NCBI RefSeq assembly: GCF_963921235.1
Contig: NC_086097.1
Coordinates: 113,462,001-113,526,000 of the forward strand
Reading direction: 5' to 3'
From: Mobula hypostoma
Lineage: Eukaryota
Length of the DNA stretch: 64,000 nucleotides
A program made the translations under genes and the position numbers. This document shows positions 14,173 to 28,600 of the stretch, one piece after another. The notes beneath the pieces were generated by a model. That model was given only the letters and a program-made list of their open reading frames with translations, was not told where the DNA came from and searched no databases. The first letter of the stretch is position 1, and each line of letters begins with the position of its first letter.

Positions 14173-15428
14173 TGTCTGACGAATCTCATAGAATTTTTTG
14201 AGGATGTGACTAGTAGAGTGAATAGGGTAGAATCAGTGGATGTGGTATATTTGGATTTTCAAAAGGCTTTTGACAAGGTCCCACACAGGAGATTAGTGTG
14301 CAAACTTGGGGGTAAGGTATTGATGTGGATAGAGAATTGGTTGGCAGACAGGAAACAAAGAGTGGGAATAAACGGGACCTTTTCAGAATGGCAGGCAGTG
14401 ACTAGTGGGGTACCGCAAGGATCAGTGCTGGGACCCCAGTTGTTTACAATATATATTAATTACTTAGATGAGGGAATTAAATGCAGCATCTCCAAGTTTG
14501 CGGATGACACGAAGCTGGGCGGCAGTGTTAGCTGTGAGGAGGATGCGAAGAGGATGCAGGGTGACTTGGATAGGTTAGGTGAGTGGGCAAATTCATGGCA
14601 GATGCAATTTAATGTGGATAAATGTGAGGTTATCCACTTTGGTGGCAAAAACAGAAAAACAGATTATTATCTGAATGGTGGCCGATTAGGAAAAGGGGAG
14701 GTGCAACGAGACCTGGGTGTCATTATACACCAGTCATTGAAAGTGGGCAAGCAGGTACAGCAGGCGGTGAAAAAGGCGAATGGTATGCTGGCATTCATAG
14801 CAAGAGGATTCGAGTACAGGAGCAGGGAGGTACTACTGCAGTTGTACAAGGCCTTGGTGAGACCACACCTGGAGTATTGTGTGCAGTTTTGGTCCCCTAA
14901 TCTGAGGAAAGACATTCTTGCCATACAGGGAGTACAAAGAAGGTTCACCAGATTGATTCCTGGGATGGCAGGACTTTCATATGATGAAAGACTGGCTTGA
15001 CTAGGCTTATACTCGTTGGAATTTAGAAGAATGAGGGGGGATCTTATTGAAACGTATAAAATCCTAAAGGGATTGGACAGGCTAGGTGCAGGAAGATTTT
15101 TCCCGATGTTGGGAAAGTCCAGAACGAGGGGTCACAGTTTGAGGATAAAGAGGAAGCCTTTTAGGACCGAGATGAGGAAAAACTTCTTCACACAGAGAGT
15201 GGTGAATCTGTGGAATTCTCTGCCACAGGTAACAGTTGAGGCCAGTTCACTGGCTATATTTAAGAGGGAGTTAGATATGGCCTTTGTGGCTAAAGGGATC
15301 GGGGGTATGGAGGGAAGGCTGGTACAGGGTTCTGAGTTGGATGATCAGCCATGATCATATTGAATGACGATGCAGGCTCGAAGGGCCGAATGGCCTACTC
15401 CTGCACCTATTTTCTATGTTTCTATGTG
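14173..15428 (+). mobile_element. Young 5'-truncated CR1 LINE (RT C-terminal half + 3' UTR)
   Basis: 264-aa ORF with YLDFQKAFDKVPH, GVPQGSVLGP, KFADDTK; (TTCTATGT)n tail. Confidence 0.95.
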
Positions 15429-15904
15429 TCAGTTCCATAGGTGACCTTCCTCAATTTTCACTGCCACCGGACAGAATTCCACCCCTAGAGGTGGCAATCT
15501 TAAGCAAGCCAAGCAGGAATATGAATCGCAAGATAGCCATCAAGCTCGCAGTAGTGGTCAGAGCCAATCAAAGCAAGAGCAACATAGAGTTGAATCTCCA
15601 AATGCCATATGTCTGCCCCTATAGGAGGGCAATCTGTTCACACATGGGATCTCCGTGTTCACCCAGCAGATCCAATTGCCGATGAGCAGCGTTTCGTTCT
15701 TACTGAAGAAGAGCAAGGTGCCCCTGTGTCCACAGACAACAGCAATCTGCTTATGAGCGGCATCTTACTGCCCATCTTGAGCATCAGGCTGTCCCACGCT
15801 GACACATCGCTGTTCACTTAGGGTTTCATGTTGTTCTACAGAGACTGAAGGTCCGTCAGGATCTGGGCAATTCAGCAGAAAGGCAAGGAAAACCGAAGCC
15901 CTCC

Positions 15905-16265
15905 TGAGTAACACACACAAAATGCTGGAGGAACTCAACAGGTCAGGCAGCATCTATGGAGGGGAATAAACATTCGATGTTCTGGGCCAAGACCCTTCAC
16001 CAGGACTGGAAAGAAAGGGGGATGTGGCCAGAGTAAAAAGGTGGGGGGAGGGGAAGGAGAGCAAGCTGACAGGCGATAGGTGAACCCAGGTGAGGGGGAA
16101 GGTGGGTGGCTTGGGGAGTGGAGGGGGGCTGAAGTGAGAAGCTAGGAGGTGATTGATGGGAAAGGTAAAAGGCTGAAGAAGGACGAATGTGGTAGGAGAG
16201 GAGAGTGGGCCATGTGAGAAAGGGAAGTAGGAGAGGCACCAAAGGGAGGTGCTAAGACAAGTCTG
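15905..16265 (-). mobile_element. Penelope-tail repeat with a degenerate hammerhead motif (15971-16008)
   Basis: Homologous to the 3' tail of the PLEs; ribozyme core reads CTGGTGA...AGAACATC (mutated). Confidence 0.75.
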
Positions 16266-16703
16266 AGTGAGCACATGCTGTGGAGCCTCTGTCTGTTTCC
16301 CCACTGCAGTTGTTAAGCAATGCATCATCGGATTGTTAATAAGTACTTTTAAAACATTTATCATCTTGAGGTGTCCCAGCTATTAGGGATCCTTCTGGGG
16401 TTCTGAAATTATGGATAGCATAATTATGGATGAACTAAAATGAGAATCAGTCTTCAAGAAATAAAAAACATACACAATATTTAACTTCCAACTGATACCT
16501 TGTGGCTAGTGAAACCAATCACTGGGTGTGGGGAATTCTCTGTCCTATTAAAACTATACAGGGAAACACAATAGATGAATGTTCCTATTATTAGTGCATT
16601 GTTAAAGGTATATCCCTGCCACGTAAGGCACAGCTTAGAACAGATCTGTTTTGTCATTTAACCTTCTGGTTAGTTGTATATTCATGCTGCCAACCTTTGA
16701 CAC

Positions 16704-17080
16704 TGTAACAAGAAGGGCAGACTTTGGGTGTCTGGAGCTTGTACTCTAAGGCTTTGGCAACAGGCAGCAGTATTGGATATTGGGTATTCTTGTTTGTGAT
16801 TGGATATTCAAAGGGGTTTTGCTAGTTGGGATCTGTTACTGTAGTAAATATGTAATTCTGTAAATTTACCTGACTATCGTCCAAATGTTAAGTTAAGTGA
16901 TTATAGCAATTGTGGTTAATTGTTTATTGTTTGCACTGTGTTGGAGAAGTATAAAACATAGTGTTCTCCTGGACTCTCTCTGTCCTGAAGGTTTGCTGTG
17001 AATAAAGACTCTTGTATTTCTCAGTTACAGCTTCTGTGTGGCTCAGTTTTAGTTAGCCTCTTTAATAGAGTGATCATTCA
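16704..17080 (+). mobile_element. Possible solo LTR
   Basis: Starts TGTAAC; TATAAAA at 16950-16956 and AATAAA at 17001-17006, spaced as in an LTR; 3' end and TSD not resolved. Confidence 0.3.
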
Positions 17081-17535
17081 AGATTCAATATTGTTTATTG
17101 TCATTCACACTAGTGTAAGGGAGAACAAAATCATTGTTACTCCGGACTAATGTTGCATAAAAACACCAATAAGCATAAAGTACATGTTTTAAAAAACGCT
17201 ATAAGTAAACCTAATAGATTGTAGACTGATTATATGTACATAGAGTGATGACAGGTGATATGTGTGTAGTGGTGGTGGGGTCAAGAAGGCCTGACAATGT
17301 GGACATGTCAGCTTTGTCATGCAGATGTCCTACCTGTAGCCCTCTGGAGCAGCGCTGTTGTATTGACCCCATCTCTATCTCTGAAGGTGCCAAACTGCGG
17401 CCTGCTATTGCCCTGTTTATCTCCCTGCAATACGTTTCCTTATTCCTAATCTGTTACTACCTGATGCTACCAGTCTTTGAGGCTGTGCCTTGGGCTGTTG
17501 GGTGCAATGACAAACTGTACTTGTTATCAGCTCTG

Positions 17536-17665
17536 TAAACACGAGGAATTCTGCAGATGCTGGAAATTCAAGCAACACACATCAAAGTTGCTGGTGAACG
17601 CAGCAGGCCAGGCAACGGCGTGCTGCCTGGCCCGCTGCATTCACCAGCAACTTTGATGTGTGTTG
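17536..17665. mobile_element. Fold-back Penelope-tail mini-element with 16-bp TSD
   Basis: Inverted arms caagcaacacacatcaaagttgctggtgaa / ttcaccagcaactttgatgtgtgttgcttg; CTTGTTATCAGCTCTG at 17520-17535 and 17666-17681. Confidence 0.85.
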
Positions 17666-18929
17666 CTTGTTATCAGCTCTGCATTCTCTTCAGTGTCTCC
17701 TGTTCCCCTCACTGAGAGTCATGATGATTTAGGAAGGATGGAACATGCAATTTCAACCAGTTGCTTTGCAAGCTAAACTTCATGGTGATGCAGAGAACCA
17801 AAATGGAAAAAAAGGGTGTCAACTGTTAATTAAATCATAGTGAAGGCGTTAAGCACAATGGCAGAGCATGCATTACTCCTATTCTAGGGATAAAGTGTGA
17901 TGTCCTCTGGTACATCAGTTGCAATATTGTCTCAACCTGCTTGGGAACACACTTTCCAGGTGAATTTCCTCTCAGTGGTGAGTAGCCTCCCCTAATCCTG
18001 GTGGCCTAAATGAGGAGATGAAGGTCATTCTATAGGCTTTACAGACACTATGCTAGGTTTGGAGAATTGACCTCAATGTCTGTGTCTGTGTGCGTGTGTG
18101 TGTCTGAAGAGAGTGGGTATGAAAGAACAGGTTCTCCCTTCCTCTGCACCCTCCCACCATTCTATCCTATCCCCATCTGCTTGGATACATTACCTCCTTC
18201 CTGGCTCTTACTTCTCTCACTGGAACTAAAATACCTGGCTGAAAATCTCTCTCACTCTCTACTGTAGGTCATGAAGTCTGAGAGAGAGTCATGGAATAAA
18301 AGAGCATTGGTACAGGCCCTTCCACTCAAAGAGTCCAGGCCCACCCAATTAGTCCCAATTTCCTGTGTTCAGCTGTCCCTCCAGACCCTCCCCTCCATAC
18401 ACCTGTCCAAGAGCCTAGCTGATACTATTTCACCTGCCTCAACCACTTGCTCATTCCATATACTCACCACCCTCTGCATGAAAAAGTTGCCCCTCAGGCC
18501 ATTTTTAACTTTTTTGCCTCTCACTCTAAATTCATGCCCCCTTGGACTCCCCTACCTTATGGAAAAGACTGTTAATCCCTACCTTATCTTTGCCTCTCAT
18601 AATTTTAAACACTTCTATAAGGCTGCTCCTCACTCTCCAACATTCCAAAGAACAAAGACTCTGCCTTTTCCAATAACACGGGCCCTCTAGTTCTGGCAAC
18701 ATTCTCAGAAATCTTTTCATAAACTCATTACCAACCAGCACAATGGCTTTTCCAAAAACACAACGTATAGGGCATTTCAAACAAAAAATGTCCCACCATC
18801 TTGAAAGTTTCTACCCCCAGGCAGATAGTATAATAAACCATTCTAGTTTGCCACACCCCCACCCATCCTGCTCTAACTATGACCTCAGTCACTGCACTGC
18901 ATTGTAAACGCTTTCAACTACATAAGAAT

Positions 18930-19252
18930 CCCTTCCCCTCCCCTCTTCTATTCCCCACTCTACACACCTGCCTATCTCTTCCCTTTGGATCTCCCTCCTT
19001 CTTCCCTTTCTCCCATGGTCCACTCCCTTCTCCTATCAGATTCCTTCTTCTCAAGCCCTTGACCTTTCCCACTCACCTGGCTTCACCTATCACCTTCCAG
19101 ATAGCCTCTTTCCCTCCCCCACTTCTTTATCCTGGGTTCTTCCCCTTCATTCCCAGTCCTGAGGAAGGGTCTCGGCCTGAAACATCGGCTGTTTATTCAT
19201 TTCCATAGATGTTGCCCGACTTGCTAAGTTCCTCCAGCATACTGTGTGTGTT
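18930..19252 (+). mobile_element. Penelope-tail repeat with hammerhead motif (19154-19191)
   Basis: Polypyrimidine tail, then CAGTC-CTGAGGA-AGGGTCTCGGCCT-GAAA-CATC-GGCTG. Confidence 0.75.
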
Positions 19253-20149
19253 ACTTTAAACAACTTTTTGAGATAAGATAATGGTATTTACGTATATTTT
19301 ATTCCATATCTGCACTTTAAGCTCGAACTTTATTTTTATATAATTCTTTAGTCTTATTATTGTTGAAAGGTATTTTTGTTGCATAAGAAATTCTAATACA
19401 TGTAAATGTATATGGTGAATAAACTTGATCCTTGATCCTTCTAGTTTAGCAATATCATTCCTATAACAGGGTGACCAAAACCGTGCACAGTACTCCAAGT
19501 GCAGCCTCACAAACAATGGGTACGACCGCAACATGATATTCCACTTCCTATAGTCAATGTCTTGACCGACGATACTATATTGTGTGTGGCTGAAAACACT
19601 GAGCTCCACTCAACAACCATGCAGTTTTCATGCCAGACCACGCTAATAATATTCCCCAGACCCCTAACCTTCCTTCAGGATCTCCCAGCATGCAGAATTT
19701 ACGGACCGATAGTGAATTTAGGAAAGCATTTAAAGGAAAAAATGTATGACTGGATTCTGTTTATTAACATCCAGTTTTAGCCACAGGATGGCAAAATGAT
19801 AAGAAATGCAAAGTACACCTCAGCCTGTTTGTACACGGACGCTGCAGGCTGATGAGCACCTTAGCGGAGATCCGCTTCACTAAATGTGTGTGAATGAGCA
19901 AAAATACAGTAAGCAAACTATCCTTTCCATCATAGTCCTAATCTCACACTCTTGTGACAGGCACAGATTATACAATACACAATGAAGTCAGCTTTCCAAA
20001 CTACATCTATATATCCAAAAATGATAGAACAGAGAGAGGGAAAACAACTGCTCGCATTTCTGCATGCTCTTTGTCTCGGCTTCCACCTGCTTTTTAGCTG
20101 AAATGTTGACTTTGTTTCTCGAAGGGGTGTTAAGTATGTATGTATGTAA

Positions 20150-20674
20150 ATTCATGCAAATATCTAATCAGCCAGTCAAGTGGCAGCAACTCAATGCATG
20201 AAAGCATGCAAACATGGTCAAGAGGTTCAGTTGTTGTTCAGAGCAAACATCAGAATGGGGAAGAAATATGATCTAAGTGACTTTGACCATGGAATGATTG
20301 CTGGTGCCAGACAGGCTGCTTTGAGTATCTCAGAAACAGCTGATTTCCTGGGATTTTCACTTACAACAGTCTCTAGATTTTACAGAGAATGGTGCAAAAA
20401 AACCCTAAAAAGAACATTCAGTGAGCAGTAGTTCTACTGGCAAAAATGCCTTGTTAGTGAGAGAGTTCAGAGGAGAATGGCCAGACTGGTTCAAGCTGAC
20501 AGGAAGGCTTAAATAACCATGCCTTTAAATAGTGTTGTGCAGAAGAGCATCTCCGAACGCACAGCACGTCGGACTTGAAGTGAATGGGCTACAGCAGCAG
20601 AAGACCACAGCCATACACTCAGTGGGCACTTTATAATGTACAGGAGGAACCTAATAATGTGGCCACTGAGTGTA
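20150..20674 (+). mobile_element. Non-autonomous Tc1 DNA transposon
   Basis: Tc1 N-terminal HTH remnant MGKKYDLSDFDHGMIAGARQAALSISETADFLGFSLTTVSRFYREW; right TIR ...GTGGCCACTGAGTG|TA. Confidence 0.85.
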
Positions 20675-20684
20675 TATTTAGAGT

Positions 20685-20882
20685 CCGTGTCACCCAGTTA
20701 CACCCACGTGACTAAATAACCCACTAACCCGCATGTCTTTGGAAAGTGGGAGGAAGGCAGAGCACCCGGAGGAAAGACACAGTCACAGGGAGAACACACA
20801 AACTCCTTGCAGACAGCGGCACAATTGAACCCAGGTGGCTGGTGTTTTAATAGTGTTACACGAACCATTGTGCTATGGTGTC
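20685..20882 (-). mobile_element. HE1-like V-SINE
   Basis: V-domain reverse complement and box B (ttgaaccc). Confidence 0.75.
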
Positions 20883-22606
20883 ACATATATGAGGGGGAAG
20901 TGATTAAAATGTAAGTTAAGGAAGAATTTTGATTGATGGTGGCTGTCAGAGGTCTATGAGGTAAGTAGTACTGAGCATGGTCTGAAACTCGTAGTGCATT
21001 TGATAAGATGGGGCATTTGAGGATGCATTTAGTGACTTTGTTCACTAACTGTTCTCAGAAAGATGGAATGAGAAATGTGCCCAGTTTAAATTATTAAGGG
21101 ATTAAGTAGTGTGTTAGGAATTGGTGGTAAGGCGTAAAAAGACCGCAAAGCTGATTGAAATCTTAAAAATCTCATTTACAAGAAATCGAGTAAAACTGGA
21201 GCACTTTTGTGTATGCCTGAGAAACATATGTGACTGTAAACTCTAAACCTGTGATCTGTAGCTTAGTGAACAGTAATCTTATCTCAGCAACAGAAGGTCC
21301 CTGCTTAGCACAACTATCCAGAGTGATTTTTCAATGTACCACTGAGTGTAGTATTGCCAAATGCCTTGTCTTCTGGATATGATACTACGGCCCTGTCTAC
21401 CTTTTCTGTGGGTGTTAAAATATCTCACTGCACTGTTTAGCAGAAGATTGGGAGAGTTCATCCTGGAATCTTGGCCAATATTTATCTAAGAATCAACTTC
21501 ATCAAAACAAACCTGATATATTCCTCATTGCCTTCTGACTTGAAGGGGGTCATTTCAGTCTATTGACATTTATCACAATGTTCTGAAGGGATCTGCATAT
21601 CTTTTATTTCGTTGTAGTCATGATTACACTTCAAGAGGCCAAGACTTTGGGATCGCCTGAGGTCCAGAAAGACCTACAATCAGTCAAGCCATGAAAGGAG
21701 AAAGAAAAGAGTACAAATCTTAAAGGGAAATTAAAGATTATTATCAGGAGGTTTTCCAAAGGCAGATCAGGCATGGAATAGTAACCTATTGTTCTGTCAC
21801 TAGGAAAAATGTGGCTGGCAAGACTAGTACAACATTTTGTTAACTTGGGTAAAAACTTTACAAACTGGTGGGAGCAATTCACTGCTTTTTACAATGATAA
21901 TCCAGAACCTTGGGGTTCCTTTTCTGGGGTTTCAGGGTTGAGTTGTAATGCCTGGATCAGATATCACTTCACCATGTAGATCCCTAAAATGCCAGCAGTC
22001 GTGATGAGGGTATAAATGCAACAATGAATTTCAATGAGGAACCACATAGCAAAAATATTTTTTTTGGTCTTCAGGAGTCTAAGAATCAGAATTCACACCA
22101 TGCCTCTTCACCAGTTCAAACCAGTGCACTTTTTTTATCTCATAATATTGTAATTATAATTGGTTTGTTATCGTCACATGTACCAACATACTTGTCTTGC
22201 ATACTTTTTGTACAGATCCATTCATTACACAAAGCATTGAGGTAGAACAAGGTAAAACAATAACAAAATGTAGAATAAAGTGTAAAAGATACAGAGAAAG
22301 TGCTGTGAGGGTAAACAAAAAGGTGGAAGATCATAATTCATACTGAGGTAGATTGTAGGGCCAAGTAGTCTTTATGATTGAACTGCTTCTTCCCCTCCAC
22401 CATAGATTTCTGAATGGTCCATTAACCCATGAACTTCACTGCTTTTTCTCTCTTGTTGCATGACTAATTTATTTTATATATATAAAAAATTATAACTTAT
22501 AGGAGATTTTATGTATTGCACTGTATGCTGCTGCAAAACAACAAATTTCACAACATATGCCAGTGATGATAAACCCAATTCGGAATCTGATGCACAAAGC
22601 AGACTA

Positions 22607-22876
<270 letters not shown>

Positions 22877-23457
22877 TCACTTTGCAAAGTAATCCAGAAC
22901 GTTCTACCAAATTGGTGCAATGAATCATAAGAATGCTATATTTTATGATTTACTCCTTGTAACATAGCTGGTATTAAAGTTCTAAATTCAAGATAATTTT
23001 ATTATCTAAGTACATATATGTTACCACCAAGTACCCCGTGAGATTCATTTTCTTGTGGGTGTACTCAATAAATCCAATAAACATAATAGATCAATGAAAG
23101 ACTACACCAAAAGGGTGAACTACCAGTCTGCAAAAGACAACAAACTGAGCAAATACAAAAAGAAAGAAAAAAATAAATAGTAATAACAATAATAAACAAT
23201 AAAAAAAACAATAAATATTGAGAACATGAAATGTTTCCCTGAAAGTGAGTCCATAGGTTGTGGGAACAAGTCAATGTTTCTGATTGCCAGCTTAGTCCTC
23301 AGTGGATCCGTGAGGAAGGAGGGTGGGAAGTTGTAGTGCCTTATAGGTAGCTCACAATAAGAGTTTTTGTTAATCATTTGGAGATTGTCCATAAATGAAT
23401 ACTGCTTTATAGAATTATACACGGTGAAGAAAGGACTGAATGGGAATAAAATCACAG

Positions 23458-23716
23458 ACAGCACCATAGCGCAGTGATCAGTGTAATACTATTACAGTGT
23501 CAGCAACCCAGGTTCAATTCTGCCGCTGTCTGTAAGGAGTTTGTATGTTCGCACCGTGACATGTGGGTTTTCTCTGGGTGCTCCGTTTCTCCCCCAACTC
23601 CAAAAGGTACACAGATTGGTAGGTTGATCGGTCACATGGGTGTAATTGGGCAACGTGGGATCGTTGGCCAGAAGGGCCAGTTATTGCACTGCATCTCTGA
23701 ACTAAAACTAAAACTA
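23458..23716 (+). mobile_element. HE1-like V-SINE
   Basis: tRNA-like head (GGTTCAATTC box B), V domain GTAAGGAGTTTGTATGTTC...GGGTTTTCTCTGGGTGCTCCG, CR1-like tail and (AAACT)n end. Confidence 0.8.
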
Positions 23717-24164
23717 GGCCTCCTGAAAGGAATGAGGTCTAGTCTAACATTCACGTGAAGATGAATACAGTGGAATTCCAATTAGATTCTTCTTGTCACT
23801 GGTCAGGAAGCAAGGCAGGAGATTATCTGAGAGCTAGGGAGCAGTGGATAAGCTGCCTTGAACAAATGGTTTTCTAGGGGCCCAGGAAAGGTGATTAGCA
23901 GCTGGATAGAAATGTGGGATTTTTAAAAAATAGGCAATTCTTGGAGTAAACGGTGATTTTTTTCCCTAAGGTAATGAAGACAGAAGGCAAGAAAGGTTAA
24001 ATAATAAGCAAAAGGTTAAAGCAATGCGAAAGGAATGCAGATGTGACCAGATGTTTCCCATCTTGGCAACCTGTGACAGCTTGGTGGAAGTCTAGATATG
24101 TAATGATTCATCAGCAACTAAGCATTATATTCTGGAAAAAAGTACAGCACTTCCAACTCCATTC

Positions 24165-24308
24165 ACCAACACGAAAAAATCTGCAGATGCTGGAAATCCA
24201 AGGTGACACACACAAAATGCTGGAGTGAAGAAGGGTCTCAGCCCGAAACGTTGACGTCCATAGATGCTGCCTGGCCTGCTGAGTTCCTCCAGCATTCTGT
24301 GTGTGTTG
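24165..24308. mobile_element. Fold-back Penelope-tail mini-element with partial hammerhead and 15-bp TSD
   Basis: Inverted tail 24166-24225, then direct tail TGAAGA-AGGGTCTCAGCCC-GAAA-CGTT-GAC; CTTCCAACTCCATTC (24150-24164) vs CTTCCCACTCCATTC (24309-24323). Confidence 0.8.
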
Positions 24309-25660
24309 CTTCCCACTCCATTCTTCTACTGGAACTATTATATAATTGTTTAAATCAAGATTTATTCTACTAGTTTCCTACATGGTGTTTTGCACTTTAG
24401 TGCAACATGCTAACTGATTTAGGTCACCATAAAACAGTTATCTGGTTTGTCTTTCCACAGATGTGGCCTGATCTGCTGAGGGTCACCAGTATTTTCTGCT
24501 AACATTTTCAATTTCCACCATCTGCATTTTTTTTGTATTTTCACCACAATACTTGCAAGTACTTGAGAAAATTCATACTTACAGAATGCCATAAAGGCTC
24601 CTACAAATTTCTACAAAAGTATGGTGGAGAGCATGCTGACTGGTTATATCAAAGGCGGGCATAGAGGCTCCAGTGAGCAGGACTGCAAAAGACTGCGGAG
24701 GATTGCAGATTCAGTCTCATGGCCACAACCTTCCCCATCAGTGAGGACGTTTTCGAGGGGCAGTACCTCAGGAGGTAGCATCCATCACTAAGGACTGTCA
24801 CCGTCTGCAATCTGCCCTTTTCTCCTTACTACCACTGGGGAGGATAAATTTGAAGCAGCTTCTCCCCCTCTGCCATCCAATTTCTGAATTCCATGAGCCC
24901 ATGAGCACTACCTTCACCTAATTTCTTTCTTTTATTTATTTTTGTAATTTGTTTTAAGCCTTTACAGCGTACTGCTGCTGCAAACAACACATTTTACATC
25001 ACCAAAGTCAGAGAGATAATAAACCTGATTCTGATTAACTGTTTGCTCAAACATGAAGGAAATTGTGATGGGAGAGATCCTGATTTGTATCACTTTTCAT
25101 CCCATCGAGTCCTGGTGAAAACTCTCAGCCAGAAACGCTGAAATGGCTGGACTCTTTTCAATTATGTGTTTTGTGTTCTGTTTTTTTTTGCTTTTTTTTT
25201 GTTGCTGGTTGTGCAATTTGTTTTTTGCATGTGTGGAGAGGAGGGGTTTGCTTGTTTGCTTTGAACAGATTCCATAGTTTTCTGTTTCATGTCTGTCTGT
25301 GGGCGAGATGAATCAAAGTATACTGCATATATACTTCGATAATAAATGTATTACTGAATCTTTGTTTATTTTCCTCCTTGGATGCTGCCTGACCTGTTGA
25401 GTTCCTCCAGCCTTTTGCATGTGTTGCTCAAGATTTGCAGCATCTGCAGAATCTCCTGGTAACATTTTTTGTTCATAAGGTCTGCAATCTAAATTAAATA
25501 TTCTCAGCTTTCTAAATTCCCTGTGTTCTGCTACTCCCAAGGTACATCCAAGACATAACAAGCCAGTTACTTCACAGTTCAGTAACTCAGTAAACACTTA
25601 GGAACAAAAGCAACATACAGGACCTTCAGTCGTTTTGAAGGGTCTCGGCCTGAAACATCA

Positions 25661-28600
25661 ACACCTGTGTAGCACCGATCTTATCGCATGTGACTAGTCA
25701 CTGCACTCTTTGAGAAAATCAAATTACACGAGTTGCTAGCAGGCCATCAGAAGATTCTGGTTCTGGAAGGAGGCAGTGAATAGAAAAACCACAATCTTCT
25801 GGAAATAAGGTTTGTTTATAAGAAAAAAAACAGTATGTACAAAATATTTACATGACCAAGAACAATCCAAAATTCCAACACTCTATTTAGATTCCAAATC
25901 TTAGATATCAAACCACAACAAATTCCTTTTTAATTACAATCAGTGAGATTCGTTTATTACTCGAAACTCTCTAACTACTTAGATCTAGTGTTATTCCCTG
26001 TTTAAAAGTTTACAGACTAAACTTTCCTTTTTCTTATTCCTAGTTAGTTAGAAAACTAAATATAATTCCTATTCTCAAGTATTATAGTTAACTTCAGTTT
26101 CAGTTCCAGGCAGCATATCTACAAGTTTAAATTCAAATTCAAAAAATATATATACACAGTTTAACTCCTTTCATGACAATTCTCCAACGTCACAACTTTT
26201 AAATGAAGTAAATCTCATTCAGTAACTTATCAAAGTCTTTGCAAAAATAATCAGTTCCTGCAGAAAATCAAATTCAGATTCTTCGAATGAAAATAAACTT
26301 ATACATCCAATGGTATTAAATCCTCTGAGTCATTATACATTTTATTCCGGCACTGGTTCATCAACTCTTGGATAGTTCACCATCTTCTTTCTTGCTTCAA
26401 TGGATGAAATAGTTGATCGTCCACGGAAAGTCAATTCACAAGCTTGCACCAAAACTTGACCAAATCCCTTTGTATGATTTTACAGAACTAATTCCCGACT
26501 ACACAGTAGGAATTTTGGACACCGGTCTTTGCCGATGTTGTCTGGTTATAGCTGTAGCTTCAACAAATCTTTTATCGCTATTGTCTCTCCTCCAGGGGTT
26601 TCACCCTGAGGGTTTCAAGTTAGTAGGGTAAAGATACCCAGTACTAATTCCACTCTTAACAATTCATGTCTTCAGCTTCTAATTGTTGCTGTGTTTCCCT
26701 CCTTGTTAGGAAGGAAGCTGAGAAGCAGGGCCTCCAGGGTAGTAATCCCGGGATTGCTATCTGTGCCACGTGCTAGCGAGGGCAAGAATAGTAGGATCAA
26801 GCAGATGAATGCGTGGCTGAGAGACTGGTGTAGGGGGCAGGGCTTCAGATTCTTGGATAACTGGGATCTCTTCTGGGGGAAGTATGACCTGTTCAGAAAG
26901 GACAGGTTACACCTGAACCTGAAGGGGACTAATATCCTGGTGGAAAGTTTAATAGAGCTGTTAGGGAGGGTTTAAATTAATTTGGCAGGGGGATGGGAAC
27001 CGGAATGACAGAGCGGAGGAAGGGGAAAACAGAAATAAATCTAGTGAGCAGTAAAGATGTCAGGAAAGACAGGCAGGTGACGGGGCAAATTTGTAGCCAT
27101 TGGGATGAGTTGCAGTGAAGTCAAAGCGAAAAGTATCAAATACTGGTCTTAAGGTGTTATACTTAAATGCATGCAGCATAAGGAATAAGGTGGATGATCT
27201 TGTCGTACAGCTACAGATTGGCAGGTATGATATTGTGGCCATCATTGAGACCTGGCTAAAGGATGCATGTCTCTGGGAGCTGAACGTCCAAGGATACACG
27301 GTGTTTCGGAAGGATAGGAAGGTAGGCAGAGGGGGAGGCATGGCTTTATTGGTAAGAAATGATATTAAATCATTAGAAAGAGGTGATATAAGATCGGAAG
27401 GTGCAGAATCTTTATGGGTTGAGCTAAGAAATAGCAGGGGTAAAAGGACCCGGATGGCAGTTATTTATAGGCCTCCAAACAGCTGCAGTGATGTGGACTA
27501 CAAATTACAACTGGAAAGAGAAAAGGCTTGTCAGAAGGGCAGTGTTATGATAATTGTGGGGGATTTTAACATACGAGTGGATTGGGAAAATCAAGTCGGC
27601 ACTGGATCTCAAGAGAGAGAATTTGTAGAATGTCTGCGAGATGGCTTTTTAGAACACCTTGTTGTCGAGCCCACTAGGGGATCGGCTGTACTGGATTGGG
27701 TATTGTGTAATGAACCGGAGATGATTAGAGAGATTGAGGTGAAGGAGTCCTTAGGAGACAGTGATCGTAACATGATTGAGTTCACTGTGAAATTTGAAAA
27801 AGAGAAGCTAAAGTCTGATGTGTCGGTATTTCAGTGGAGTAAAGGAAATTACAGTGGCATGAGAGAGGAACTGGCCAAAGTTGACTGGAAAGGGACACAG
27901 GCAGGAAAGGCAGCAGAGCAGCAGTGGCTGGAGTTTATGCGAGAAGTGAGGAAGATGTAAGACAGGTATATTCCAAAAAAGAAGAAATTTTCAAGTGGAA
28001 AAAGGATGCAACCGTGGTTGACAAGAGAAGTCAAAGCCAAAGTTGAAGCAAAGGAGAGGGCATACAAGGAAGCAAAAATTAGTGGGAAGACAGAGGATTG
28101 GGAAGTTTTTAAAACCTTACGAAAGGAAACCAAGAAGGTCATTAAGAGGGAAAAGATTAACTATGAAAGGAAGCTAGCAAATAATATCAAAGAGGATACT
28201 AAAAGCTTTTTCAAGTATATAAAGAGTAAAAGACAGGTGAGAGTAGATATAGGACCGATAGAAAATGATGCTGGAGAAATTGTAATGGGAGATAAGGAGA
28301 TGGCAGACGAACGGAATGAGTATTTTGCATCAGTCTTCACTGAGGAAGACATCAGCAGTATACCGGACACTCAAGGGTGGCAGGGAAGACAAGTGTGCGC
28401 AGTCACAATTACGACAGAGAAAGTATTCAGGAAGCTGGATCGTCTAAAGGTAGATAAATCTCCCAGACCAGATGGAATGCACCCGCGTGTTCTGAAGGAA
28501 GTAGCTATGGAGATTGCGGAGGCGTTAGCAATGATCTTTCAAAAGTCGATAGATTCTGGCATGGTTCCGGAGGACTGGAAGATTGCAAATGTCACTCCGC

